The notes under the pieces are model-generated. The model searched no databases, was not told the origin of the DNA, and worked only from the letters and a program-made list of their open reading frames with translations. Shown here one piece after another: positions 24,245 to 36,712 of a stretch of 64,000 nucleotides of DNA. Where the stretch lies: assembly GCF_001447785.1 (NCBI RefSeq), contig NW_015169798.1:531764-595763 (forward strand). Reading direction: 5' to 3'. The stretch comes from Gekko japonicus (lineage: Eukaryota). How positions within the stretch are numbered: position 1 is the stretch's first letter; every line of letters starts with the position of its first letter. The position numbers and the translations under genes are program-made.

Positions 24245-27200
24245 AGGGTTGGGACTCTTATTACGCCATAAGGACTTTTTAAACTCCAAGGGAATTTTCC
24301 CTATCTGTGTTTTTAGGGATTTGTTATTATCTCAACTGCTCCCCAAGCTCTCATCCTGCAAGAGCCCTTGCCATGACAAGCCTCCCTCTGATGTCTTGGA
24401 TACTACTCGGAAGGACAATATCAAATGTTGTTAACACTGTTGATAGCTCTAACAATTTAATAACATGGTCTGACTCCTTTAAAAGATCCCCTATTTTAGA
24501 CAACAGTCTCTTAGAGTCTGAAATCTTAGAATCATTCAAGACCTTACCCTTGTCTGAACAAAGATCAATTACAGATAGATTGAACTTAGTGAGATCTAGA
24601 CTTCTAGATAGTGCTGCAAGTCCTTTAGATACATGCAATCAAATTGATTCTTTAAGCCAGGGACCTGATGCAGAAATAGTCCCTACCAACCCTTTGGCTC
24701 CCCAAAACCCCAAAGAATGTTTTATAGAAGCTGTTGTGCATCATGCACCTTCTAGCCCTACTTTCATTTCTGTAAGTGAGGAAGTTGGGGAAGTTGAGGG
24801 ACTAGATTCTGCAGCCCCAATCCAGCTGCCTTCCTGTCAGCCTACTGACAACTTGAGAAATGGCTGTGTTAGATCAGCTTATTGAAATAGATTGACTACC
24901 TGAATGCTCCTCATCCCCATCTCTATCCCCACTTATAAGGTTTGTTTCTTGGAACAAAGCGGGTTGGAAGAACAAGGAAAAAGATTGTGAATTCATTAAA
25001 TTCCTCAGGACTTTTGATATAGTTCTCTTACAAGAAACTTGGGCTACTACTCAATTATACCTGGAGGGATATAATTCATATTCCCTCTTAGCTTTAAGGA
25101 CTAGTAATAGAGGCCGCCCCCAATTAGGACTAACTATTTTTGTTTCCTCTACTTTAAATTTAAAAATGTCTTATCTCCAAGAATGTTACCCTATCGCCCA
25201 AACCATTCTCCTTAATCATGGAAATGTTGCTCTAATTATTGTAAATATCCCGCCTTCTTCAGATAAGGTTGTTATGCTTGTTCATTGGAGCCGTTTGTCC
25301 ACTTTCTTAGAACATATAGAACATCAGTACCAATTGACTGAAACAATCATTGCGGGTGATTTTAATGCCAGAGTTGGCAATGATATGTCTCTTCTTAAAA
25401 ACCTGGACCTCGACCAGGACTTTGTTCTTCCATTACTTTCCCCTTTCCCAAGATATTCTAAGGATAATATCTGCAATTTAGCTGGTTTAAGATTAACACA
25501 AGTTTGTATACAGTTCCATAAGTTCTGGTTAAATGGCCTGACAAAACTTGGCAGCTCAGGTGAATTTACTTTTATTTCCTCATTGGGATGCAGTGTTATT
25601 GATTATATTTTGGTCTCCCCTTCCTTTAGGTCACTCATTTCTGACTTTGAGATAGGCACACTGATCATTAGCGATCATTTGCCTCTGATGCTTAGTTTCA
25701 ATCTTGATGTGGTGCTTAAATCAACCTCACATCAAGAAATAGACTGTATGCCCAGAGTTTCTTGATCCCCTGAGTTAAGCCAAAGAATCTTTCAATTACT
25801 TCAATCTAAGCCCAGTCTTGACCTTAGATTTGCATTAACAAATTCTTCTGATCATCTGGAGGCAATTCGTTATTATGAACATTTAATATCGTTTATCATA
25901 AACTCACTGCACCAGAAGTCTGAAGTGATGAATACCAACTATGTAAAGTATATGCCCAAACTTCAGTGGTTTGATAAAGAGTGCAGGAAATTAAAAATTT
26001 ACCTTCGTACAATTTATCGGAACTTTCGTAACTCCTTGGATACTCAGCTTCCTGTGGAGTACCGAATCCTTAAGCATCAGTTATTCCAACTTTGTTGTTG
26101 TTGTTCAGTCGCGCAGTCGAGTCTGACTCTTTGCAACCCCATGGACCAGATCACGCCAGGCCTTCCTGTCTTCCGCTGTCCTCTGAAGTTGGCTCAATTT
26201 CATGTTCGTTGCATCTATGACACTGTCTAACCATCTCATCCTTTGCTGTCCCCGTCTTCTTTGACCTTCAATCTTTCCCAGCAACTAATTCCAACTAATT
26301 AATATTAAAAGGCAGGTTTTTATTAACAAACAATGGGAAAAACTTCTTTTTGCCATTTCCACCTTTAATTGACCAGTTAAAGATAGGTAAGGCTCCAGGG
26401 CCAGATGGAATTATTCCAGAAATCCTGAAAGCTGACCCAGACTGGTGGGCCTCCCCCTTGGCCTCCCTTTTTACAATGATAAATAAAATGAATCAGATGC
26501 CTGTGGCCTGGTCCAATGCCATTATTGTTCCCATCTATAAGAAGGGACCACAACATAACCCTTCCAACTATAGGCCAATAAGTTTGCTTTCTGTAATAGG
26601 GAAATTATATGCCAAATTCTTACAACTAAAGCTCCTTAACTGGACCTCATCTTCTAAGATCCTTGGTCCTGAGCAAATAGGGTTCAGCCAGGGGGAAATC
26701 ACCTCTTGATCATTGTATTCTCCTCTCTCACTTGATAAATAAATATACAAAAAGAAGAAAGGCTAAGCTTTATGCTGCCTGTCTGGACTTTAAAGGGGCC
26801 TTAGACTCTGTTTTGAGGAACTTACTCTGGAGGAAACTTGATCATTTGCTTCCTGATAAGAGATTACTATTCCTTATCAGGAAATTGTATACGGCTACAT
26901 CTTGTCAGATTAGATGCCCTCCCTCTGGAAGACTTACACCAATGATTAATATAAATAAAGGGGTTAAGCAGGGCTGTATTTTGGCCCCTTCCCTTTTCAA
27001 TATTTTTAAAAATGACTTTGCCCCTTTTCTGTCTTCAGTTGATGGACACAACCCTAGACTTGGCTCTGCACATATATCTTTACTGCTGTACGTTGATGAT
27101 GCAGTCCTTTTGTCATCGACTCGTTTGGGGTTAAAGCATTTACTTGATTGCTGCTATGAATATTGTGCTGCAAACTACCTGGAGTTAAATTATGAGAAGT

Positions 27201-28381
27201 CCAAAGTAGTGGTCTTTTCCAACTCCTGGAAGTTTCATGACTGGAAAATCAATGGTCATTCCTTGGAACAGGTCAAGGTCTTTAAATATCTTGGTATTCA
27301 TTTTCAATATAACGCCTCTTGGGTATGTCACCGAAAAACAGCAATTAATACAGCCAAAGTAAATGCGGCAGCAATTTCCAAATTTTATTTTTCAGGAAGA
27401 GGTAACCAGTATATACCTGCTGCTTTAAAAGCCTTGAATGCTAAAATAGGGGCCCAGTTATTATATGGAGTGCCTATTTGGATCAATTCAACTGGAAATC
27501 TCATAGAACAGCCTCAGTCCTATTTCCTGAGGAAAATCTTTGGGGTGCCAATGTGTGCCCCCTATACAGCTTTATGCCTGGAATGTGGCCAGAACATGTT
27601 GATAACTAAAGCATGGCTAATTACAATTAAGTATTGGCTTCGCCTTCTTTTCAATCCGGACCCTTCTACACATATCAGCTTCTACTGGAATCCAATGACT
27701 CTAACTGGATTACCTATATAGAATCCAAAATTAAATCCCTGGATATCACCTTAGATTCCTTACTCCTTACTTCCGAATCTGAGGCTTTTTCAATTATAAG
27801 AGCCAATCTACTTTGTTCTGAGCTACATTCACTGTATAATGCTGCTAATAAAACCTGTTCACCCCTGTATTTTGGAATATCTCCTAAAGTCGGCCAACCT
27901 GCCTCTTACCTGTACCAACTTCACACCCCCAAACTCCGTAGAGCCCTCTCTTTGGCGAGATTCAATGTATTACCTTCGGCCTTATTAACTGGCCGCTTTC
28001 AGAGTGTGCCCTTTTCTGACAGATGTTGTCCATGCACAAATGATTATATCGAAACGGTTTCCCATGTCTTGTTGCAGTGCCCCTTCTACCATGCACTACG
28101 ACTGAAATTTCTAAATTTTATTTTGGCTCAATTAGAAGAATATCCTGATCGCTTAAAGATTCTTATTCTTCTTGATAATCCAAACCTTGAGATAACAGAA
28201 ATAGTTGCTAAATTTCTTTTTGGTGCCATTTCTATTCGCCCTTTATTTAATTGATGGGTATACTTATTTGGTAATTCCTTGTTTCTGTATTTTGCAAGTA
28301 TTATTCTATGCTGTGGTTGTTGTTGGTGGTGTGTTGTTGTTTTTTTATATGTGTTTGCAAGGGTTACATGCCAATAAAGGT
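24245..28381 (+). mobile_element. RTE-X clade LINE, near-complete ORF2 (decayed) plus upstream ORF remnant
   Basis: APE motifs VSWN, LQETW, GDFNAR, IDY, SDH; RT motifs GKAPGPDG, GVKQGC, YVDD; C-terminal CPC...ETVSHVLLQC; ends CCAATAAAGG; internal deletion near 26350. Confidence 0.85.
26092..26283 (-). mobile_element. BovB 3' fragment nested in RTE-X
   Basis: (CAA)n tail, BovB 3' sequence, TSD ATTCCAACT. Confidence 0.92.
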
Positions 28382-29153
28382 AACTAGACTGGGAACATCC
28401 AATAAATCCTTGGGTTGTGGCATGGCTGGCAGAGCCACTGGGACCACGGGTAGCAGAACCGGGGGGAGGTGGCAGGGGCGCTGGCAGCAGTGGTGGAATC
28501 AGGGGAGAAGAGGCAGTGGCGGAGGAGGAGGCGGAGGCGGCCGACGGACTGGCGGTCCAAGGGGGAATTACCGGGGGGGCATTAGGTGGCCAGTTGGGTC
28601 TTCACTACCTGGGCCACCATCCCAGGTTAGATCTGGAGCAGTTGCCCCATGTCCCGCATTATTTTGCGGCAGTCCAGTTCCAGGCCACCCAGCCTCCCAT
28701 CTACGTTCCTTCCCGGGCTTAACAAAGATCTCGATGGGAACGTGATGGGTATGCTTGGGGTCACCCCGAAGCTCCCCGAGCTCAGACAGGGGTCATACAC
28801 ACTGTCCCAACTCTGACTCCCCAGCAACGACCAAGTAGTCTGCGTGGAGCCCCCCAAATGGCAGCCCCAATCCCGATCCTTGCGGCGGTAGGTTACTCCC
28901 TTCCCCAAATATACTGGGATAAACAACACCGCTGGCCGAGGGGTGGCTCCTCCATCAGTAGACACTCGTCACTGGCACTCCCATACCCGTAGTCATCGGG
29001 GGGAGGACGGGTACCGTCGTTGTGGGTACCGTCGTGGGCACCATAGTGGGTACTGTGGTAGGTACCGTGGTAGGCACCCCAGTACCACCGGAACCACTCA
29101 TTTCGGTTAGGAGAGACTTGGGCCGATGGACAAAAAGGGATTCCTGACATTTC
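28382..29153 (-). mobile_element. LTR retrotransposon (probably Gypsy) internal 5' region, decayed gag N-terminus
   Basis: Directly downstream of the minus-strand LTR; MSGSGGTGVPTTVPTT... then a Pro-rich tract; CpG-rich. Confidence 0.55.
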
Positions 29154-29592
29154 TGTCAGGGTCATCAGCAAGCAGGTCCAAACACACTCTTCTGAAAAGG
29201 CTATGTTTTATTGGAATACTGGTCTGTTGCCAAGTGGTACAGGTACATTGTCAGGAATAACGATTAGTGCAAGGGGCTCCATACATATACTCTGATACTG
29301 CATCTAGCTAAGCAAATGAAATCCAAGTGCGGGGGCAGGAATTCTCCCGGTGGGATATTACAACATGAACGGGAGACTCACCCCAATCCCTTGAGAGCAG
29401 AAATATTCACACCCATAGTGGAATCCAAGTCCTCCCTCCCTTCCCTGATAACGCTGTCTGGCTGAACCAGTTTGCACGGGGGGGAAAGCGCCTCCCTTAT
29501 GTTACCCACGGTAGCTAAGCAAAGCAAGCATGTGCAGCTGCGCAAAAGTCAGGGACGAAAGAAAACAAAGAAAGCATGGCAGCTAGCTGACA
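29154..29592 (-). mobile_element. LTR (5' LTR of the element above)
   Basis: TGTCAG...CTGACA termini; minus-strand AATAAAA near the 3' end. Confidence 0.7.
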
Positions 29593-29718
29593 GGTCCCCA
29601 CTGTGGAGGAAAACTGTAACTGTCCTAGGTAGAGGTTGTGGAGGAGGGGGGTAGAGACAGAAAGCTAAAGACAGATAAAGGCAGATAAAGTTAGGTTGGC
29701 TGCTGGGTGGGAAAGAAA

Positions 29719-30083
29719 TAGGGTTGCCAACTCCAGGTTAGGAAATTCTTGGACATTTGAGGGGTGGAGCCTGGGGAGGGTGGGGTTTGAGGAGGGGAGG
29801 AACTTCAGACTGGTATAATGCCATAGACTCCACCCTCCAAACCAGCCATTTCCTCAATGAGAACTACCATTGCCAGCCTCCAGGTGAGTGCTGGAGATTA
29901 CCCAGAATTACAACTGTTGTCCAGGTGACAGAGATCAGTTCCCCTGGATAAAATGACTGCTTTGGAGGGTTGAGTCTATGGCATTATACCCTGCTGAGGC
30001 TGCTTCCCTCCCCAAGCCTCACTATCCCAAGGCTCCACCCCCAAATCTCCAGGAATTTCCCAACCTGGAGCTAGCAGCCCTAA
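29719..30083. mobile_element. hAT MITE (TAGGGTTGCCA family), head-to-head form
   Basis: TAGGGTTGCCA...TAGCAGCCCTA with two inverted half-units. Confidence 0.78.
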
Positions 30084-30820
30084 GGTGAATTGATCTCTGT
30101 AGCTGGGGGAACTGTTGTGATTCCCAGAGTGCTGCCACTGCTGCTGTGAGGGTAGAGGAAGCAGGTGGTGCTGTGTGGGGTGGGGTGGGGGAGGATGGGG
30201 GCATAAAGAGAGAGTGATGGGGGCAGAAAGAGTGATGAGGCAGAAAAACAAAGAGAATGGTGACAGGTCAGAAAGAGAGAGGAAGTAACATGTATGGAGG
30301 TGAGATAGAGAGTAAGAAAAGGGGGGACAGAAGGGACAAAGAGTGTGAGACAGGTAGGGGGAGAGGGGAGGAAGCAAAGGTGTGAGGAATGGGATGACCA
30401 TTTCGCAAGTTTCTTGCGGGTCTCCACTTGTATTTGTATAATACAAAATATTTAAAGCTGTCAAAATTGTGCCCTTTTTCAATACAGTGATATATAAGAA
30501 ATGCTTCCATAATTTTAGTTTGAACTCTACTCTGATGTTGCAAAATTCTAGTTCTTACAGGGTGAGTAGCGTTTCCAATATACATCAAGCCACAATAGCA
30601 GACTAGAGCATACACCACATTCTTTCTCCCACAAGTGGAGAAAAACCACAAATAAATCAGTGAACCCCCTGTTTGGGTGTGAATTCATTAATTTCCAATG
30701 CTTGAGGGCAGATCAAACATCTATCACATCTATGATGTGCCCGTTAATTCCTCCTCTGCTCTACCTGTGGAATTCATTTCAGAATGCACCAATAGATCTT
30801 TGATGTTCCTAGTTCTTCTG

Positions 30821-31944
30821 AAGCCTATATAGGGTAATTCTTCACACCCGGGAACATCACTTATTAAGGGCCAATGTCGAATTAGAATTCTGTGTATTTT
30901 ATTAGATGGTGGTGTATAATCTAAACTACATGTAATCCCCTCCTACCCAGCGGTTCGAAAGCAACTTAATTGCAAGTAGATAAATGGGTACCCACCCTTA
31001 GTGGGGTGGGGGGCACCCTGCCTGGCGTGGTGGTTGCGACGGCGGCGGCAGCGAGGCATCGGTTCCGGTGCGGATGATGTGGCGTGGCAATGCGGCAGCG
31101 ATGGCGAGCGGGCGTGGCCGGAGGAGCGATCCCTGGCGTCCGAAGAGACGAAGACATCAGAGTGGCTGTCGCCAAGAAAGGGCGCGCGAGAACGCCGAGC
31201 GCTGGCCCAGCGAAGCCAGAAGGGACGTTGCTGAGGCCGGAAGAAGGCGGAGCCGCATGCTGCAAGAGAGACAGTTCCACCGAGTGCCATGAAGAGCACC
31301 CTGCCAGAGACCGCCGACAAGAACCCGAAGGAACAACACCAACCACCACCATAGGGGTGCCGGGTAGGTTGCCCCACCCCACAAGCCTATATAGGGTAAT
31401 TCTTCACACCCGGGAACATCACTTATTAAGGGCCAATGTCGAATTAGAATTCTGTGTATTTTATTAGATGGTGGTGTATAATCTAAACTACATGTAATCC
31501 CCTCCTACCCAGCGGTTCGAAAGCAACTTAATTGCAAGTAGATAAATGGGTACCCACCCTTAGTGGGGTGGGGGGCACCCTGCCTGGCGTGGTGGTTGCG
31601 ACGGCGGCGGCAGCGAGGCATCGGTTCCGGTGCGGATGATGTGGCGTGGCAATGCGGCAGCGATGGCGAGCGGGCGTGGCCGGAGGAGCGATCCCTGGCG
31701 TCCGAAGAGACGAAGACATCAGAGTGGCTGTCGCCAAGAAAGGGCGCGCGAGAACGCCGAGCGCTGGCCCAGCGAAGCCAGAAGGGACGTTGCTGAGGCC
31801 GGAAGAAGGCGGAGCCGCATGCTGCAAGAGAGACAGTTCCACCGAGTGCCATGAAGAGCACCCTGCCAGAGACCGCCGACAAGAACCCGAAGGAACAACA
31901 CCAACCACCACCATAGGGGTGCCGGGTAGGTTGCCCCACCCCAC
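30821..31944. repeat. Tandem duplication, 2 x 562 bp
   Basis: 30821-31382 and 31383-31944 appear identical; duplicated ORF translations match at a 562-bp offset. Confidence 0.97.
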
Positions 31945-32033
31945 ACAGAACATGTGGCCCTAGTTAGGAGATAGAAATGGTGATTAGCACCGACTTGTAA
32001 GCCGCTCAGAGACCCCTAGATAGGGGTTCGAGC
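31505..32033 (+). mobile_element. Composite SINE copy A (Sauria core, GC-rich insert, L2 tail), head missing; partial duplicate at 30943-31382
   Basis: Sauria core CCCAGCGGTTCGAAAGCA...AATTGCAAGTAGATAAATGGGTACC; GAAATGGTGATTAGCACCG; L2 tail TGTAAGCCGCTCAGAG. Confidence 0.8.
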
Positions 32034-32799
32034 TCTTTTACTCTGAGCAAGAGGCTCTTTAGGTCCTCTTCACTTTCTGCCGTTAGAGTGGTATCGTCTG
32101 CATATCTGAGGTTGTTGATCTTTTCCCCAGCAATCTTAATTCCCTCTTGTGATTCATCTAGGCCAGCATTTCGCATGATATACACTGCATATATATTAAA
32201 TAAGCAAGGCGACAATATACATCCTTGTCGTACTCCTTTTCCTATGCTAAACCAATCAGTTGTTCCATATCCGGTTCTAACTGTCGCTTCTTGGCCCTTA
32301 TACAGGTTTCTCAAGAGACATGTGAGGTGGTCTGGTACTCCCATCTCTTTAAGGACCTGCCATAGTTTGTTGTGATCCACACAGTCAAAAGCTTTAGCAT
32401 AGTCAATGAAGCAGAAGTAGATGTTTTTCTGGTACTCTCTTGCTTTCTCCATAATCCAGCGAATGTTGGCAATTTGATCTCTCGTTCCTCTACCTCTTCG
32501 AAACCCAGCTTGTACTTCTGGCAGTTCTCGATCCATGTACTGTTGAAGCCTAGCTTGCAGGATCTTGAGAATGACCTTGCTAGCGTGTGATATGAGTGCA
32601 ATTGTGCGATAGTTTGAACATTCCTTGGCATTGCCCTTCTTTGGGATTGGAATGTATACTGACCTTTTCCAATCCTGTGGCCACTGTTGCGTTTTCCAAT
32701 TTTGCTGGCAAATTGCGTGCAGCACTTTAACAGCATCATCTTCTAAGACTTTGAATAGCTCAGCTGGAATACCATCACCTCCACTAGCTTTGTTGTTGG
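32032..32799 (-). mobile_element. BovB internal RT fragment (both ends missing)
   Basis: ORF WPQDWKRSVYIPIPKKG...GVRQGCILSP...LRYADD. Confidence 0.95.
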
Positions 32800-33029
32800 T
32801 CTAGTCTTTGCCTGACCTATAAATAATTCTTCCCTATTAGTCCTATCTGCTCTTTTCTTGGCCTTCTGTATCACCTCTTCTGGATAACCCCTACTTTTAA
32901 GCATATCTGCCATATCTCTGCTGTCTTTCAAACAATCTTCTTAAACTGAGAAATTGGCCATAGGGCAGATTTTTACGGAGGTGGGCTGGGTGGAGCTTCC
33001 TGCACTTCTGATGTTATAATATATGGTTG

Positions 33030-33295
33030 TATTTATTTTAACATTATAATATTGTAGTCAGAGTCCCGACCTTGAGGAAACTAGGAGTGAAACAGATGTT
33101 CCAAGTTGACTCCCTGTCACTGGGACCATTGGTTTTTCTACTGTATATAAATTTTTGGAAATGATACTCAAATTGTCTGAAGAATATTGTTCACTGAAAT
33201 GGTGAGAAGTTGTTTTCTTTTGGGACTTTTCCAGTATGTATCAGCATACCTAAGGCTTTGGATTGGGACAGTAATAATAGGTCAAGCAAATTTTC
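33030..33295 (+). mobile_element. Inverted pseudo-LTR at the 5'-truncated end of the Neptune element, with hammerhead motif at 33061-33112
   Basis: Abuts the Penelope ORF in opposite orientation; GAGTC..TTGAGGA-AACT-AGG-AGT-GAAAC..GTT-GACTC. Confidence 0.72.
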
Positions 33296-33376
33296 TGAAT
33301 TCCCATCTTTGATAAAATAAGTAAGTTTTGCAGAGATATGCCTTTTCCCTTATATTTGCATGAGGGGTGGTGTCTT

Positions 33377-33551
33377 GTTGTTGTTCAGTCGCACAGACGA
33401 GTCCGACTCTTCGCGACCCCATGGACAAGATCTCGCCAGGCCCTCCTGTTTTCCGCCGTCCTCTGAAGTTTGCTCAATTTCATGTTCGTTGCATCTATGA
33501 CACTGTCTAACCATCTCATCCTTTGCCGTCCCCATCTTCTTTGACCTTCAA
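33377..33551 (-). mobile_element. BovB 3' fragment
   Basis: (CAA)n tail; TSD GGTGGTGTCTT. Confidence 0.93.
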
Positions 33552-34060
33552 GGTGGTGTCTTACCTTTTTAAAAAAATGAAAGCTGGAAATTCAGCAGTA
33601 TGGCAATGGGTGAGTGATTTAAAAAATAAAAAATGAAACCACCCATCTTCAGGGTGGGGGGTGGAGAGGGAATGGTTTGATGATGATGACAGTCTGATCA
33701 CCAAAAAGTGTACTGGAGGTGCATGGGAGTAGTTAGGACAAAGAAAACTAACAGAAACGTTATGCATGAGGAAAAAGGTGACTCAGAAGTGGATTCCAGA
33801 AAAAAAAATGGGGTGAGAGTGATCTCAAACGAAATGGGAAAAACCCTGGAGAAATTTACAACAAAAAAGGAAAACTAAAGGCACAAACATATGTATGGAG
33901 CCTGGGGGATGAACCGAAGCAGTATGGGGCCAGAACCAATTTTTAAAATGTGGAAAATCCTAGGAATAGGTAGTATAAACCATATAACATTTGTTGCAGT
34001 CTAACAAAATAACCTTTTCCAATGTTTTGTCCTTATTATTTCTTCTTGTAACCATATGTT

Positions 34061-35467
34061 TAGATATTTTTCTGGTACTCTCTTGCTTTTTCCATAATCC
34101 AGCGAATGTTGGCAATTTGATCTCTAGTTCCTCTACCTCTTCGAAACCCAGCTTGTACTTCTGGAAGTTCTCTATCCACGTACTGTTGAAGCCTAGCTTG
34201 TAGGATCTTGAGCATGACCTTGCTAGCGTGTGATATGAGTGCAATTGTGCGATAGTTTGAACATTCCTTGGCATTGCCCTTCTTTGGGATTGGAATGTAT
34301 ACTGACCTTTTCCATTCCTGTGGCCACTGTTGCGTTTTCCAAATTTGCTGGCAAATGGAGTGCAGCACTTTAACTTCTGCTTCATTGACTATGCAAAAGC
34401 CTTTGACTGTGTGGATCACAACAAACTATGGCAGGTCCTTAAAGAGATGGGAGTACCAGACCACCTCACATGTCTCTTGAGAAACCTGTATAAGGGCCAA
34501 GAAGCGACAGTTAGAACCGGATATGGAACAACTGATTGGTTCAGCATAGGAAAAGGAGTACGACAAGGATGTATATTGTCACCTTGCTTATTTAATATAT
34601 ATGCAGAGTACATCATGCGAAATGCTGGCCTGGATGAATCACAAGCGGGAATTAAGATTGCTGGGGAAAAGATCAACAACCTCAGATATGCAGATGATAC
34701 CACTCTAATGGCTGAAAGTGAAGAGGACCTAAAGAGCCTCTTGCTCAGTGTAAAAGAGGAGAGGACAAAAGTGGGCTTGAAGCTCAACATCAAAAAAACT
34801 AAGATCATGGCATCCGGCCCCATCACTCCTTGGCGAATAGAAGGGGAAGTCGTGGAAGTAGTGACAGACTTCACGTTCCTGGGATCCCAGATCACCGCAG
34901 ACTGTGACTGCAGCCATAAAATTAAAAGACGCCTGCTCCTTGGGAGGAAAGCGATGGCGAACCTAAACAGCATGATAAAAAGTAGAGACATCACCCTGCC
35001 AACAAAAGTCCGCATGGTCAAAGCAATGGTATTCCCAGTAGTCATGTATGGCTGCGAGAGTTGGACTATAAGGAAGGCCGAGCGCCGAAGAATAGATTCT
35101 TTTGAACTATGGTGCTGGAGAAGACTCTTGAGAGTCCCTTGGACTGCAAAAAGATCAAATCAGTCAATCCTAAAAGAAATCAACCCTGACTGTTCCCTGG
35201 AAGGCCAGATAATGAAACTGAAGCTCAAATACTTTGGCCACCAAATGAGAAGGGAGCACTCCCTGGAGAAAACCCTGATGCTGGGAAAGATTGAAGGTCA
35301 AAGAAGACGGGGACGGCAAAGGATGAGATGGTTAGACAGTGTCATCGATGCAACGAACATGAAATTGAGCCAACTTCAGAGGACGGCGGAAGACAGGAGG
35401 GCCTGGCGGGAGATGATCCATGGGGTCGCGAAGAGTCGGACTCGACTGTGCGACTGAACAACAACAA
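34061..35467 (+). mobile_element. BovB with 5' inversion (34061-34373 inverted)
   Basis: Uninterrupted RT and C-terminal ORF to 35457; (CAA)n tail; TSD AACCATATGTT at 34050-34060 and 35468-35478. Confidence 0.95.
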
Positions 35468-36712
35468 AACCATATGTTAATGATTTTACATTATATAAAC
35501 CCTGAGTGGCTACAACAGATGATAACTCCTTTCTTTCTTGACTGGATCATTTATTCTATCAGCTGTGTTCAGTGACACTTCTCAGCCATGCACTGAATGC
35601 TGCTTCTTGACCCACCATACTATCATTGCTTAGTACTATTCCTATTGCTGATGCTAACTGGATTTTTAACTTGGGTTTACAAGCAAGATTCAAGTCCAGC
35701 AGCACCTCACCTGGGTTTCAATAGCTCTTAAAAGGAAGGGGGAAATGGAATTTCTGGGCTCCTGTTATTTGCCATCATTACTTTACTGTTTTAGTTTTTG
35801 TGCTGGAAGCTTTTACAAGGTAATCGACTGGAAGTTGTAGGGTAGAAACATTTGAATGAATAGGTGGGAGGGAGGAATAAAAGTTCTGTTTTGTTGCAAC
35901 AAGCAAGAGAACCTTGTAAGATGAATACGAAGGGAGCTCTCAAGCCTGGGAGTTCCAGGATCCAATGCTAGGGAGTGGAAGCAATGACATTACTGTATTT
36001 CACCCAAAGCACCCAGGTGCCTAAGGTCAATGTTGTGTTGCTTTGTGCTAGGAATGGAAGAAATAATTACTACAGTGAAGCTGGTTCAGACTGTCAAGCC
36101 AATATGCTGCAGCCTCCTGAACAAGCTGCAAGTGACAGAGAAGCTCTGATGTAAGCTCTCCTAAGAAGGAATTAGGTTATTTGAATCACATAATCTTAAA
36201 GGCATGCCCTGCTGTGGGCCTGAAATATTTCTCCCTGTTCATTGTATAACAATTGCAACAGAAGGCAAAAGTTCCATGCAAGAAGTCTCCTATATGAATG
36301 ACAATACAGAGAATACTCCTTCTACTTGAACATCCAGTCCAGTCCTTTAATGCTCATCCCTAAACCAGGAACTTTCCATATGGTTCTATCTCCCTTCTCT
36401 GAACACTACATGTTAATTTATCAACCTTATCATGGACCAGGCTTTACATAACTATTATTTTACCATGTGGTGGGGGTGGGAACAATAATAATTTTAGCTG
36501 GATCAGTTAATTTTATACTAATTCTATATGTTCCTTTACCCAGGTTTTTCAAAGACCTTAGGATTCAGCAGTAATATTATTTCCCTGTTATATATTTACA
36601 TACTTCTAATAAATCTTAATTGTTAAGTAGAACCATGAAATGTTGAAAAACTACATTGCTCCCTGCAAGGTGACATGCATCAGAATACTTCTCAAGTGGA
36701 AAGCATCTAGTA

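Larger units (their letters stand above)
30425..33010 (-). mobile_element. Penelope-like element, Neptune type (post-RT linker and GIY-YIG endonuclease), interrupted at 30943-32799
   Basis: HPAHLRKNLPYGQF...LKSRGYP (32800-33000) continues as GITCSLDY...FRRTRNIKDLLV, then CDRCLIC knuckle and NVVYALVCYCGLMYIG...R.RI.QH (GIY-YIG). Confidence 0.9.

Noticed and set aside
30943-31963. Many overlapping ORFs on both strands in the GC-rich duplicated segment
   Set aside because: Expected from stop-poor GC-rich SINE cargo; no recognisable domain and no clear frame conservation with the 49.5-kb copy
34416-35045. Long antisense ORFs over BovB copies (also 41398-42042 and 32088-32375)
   Set aside because: Shadow frames of the BovB RT ORF
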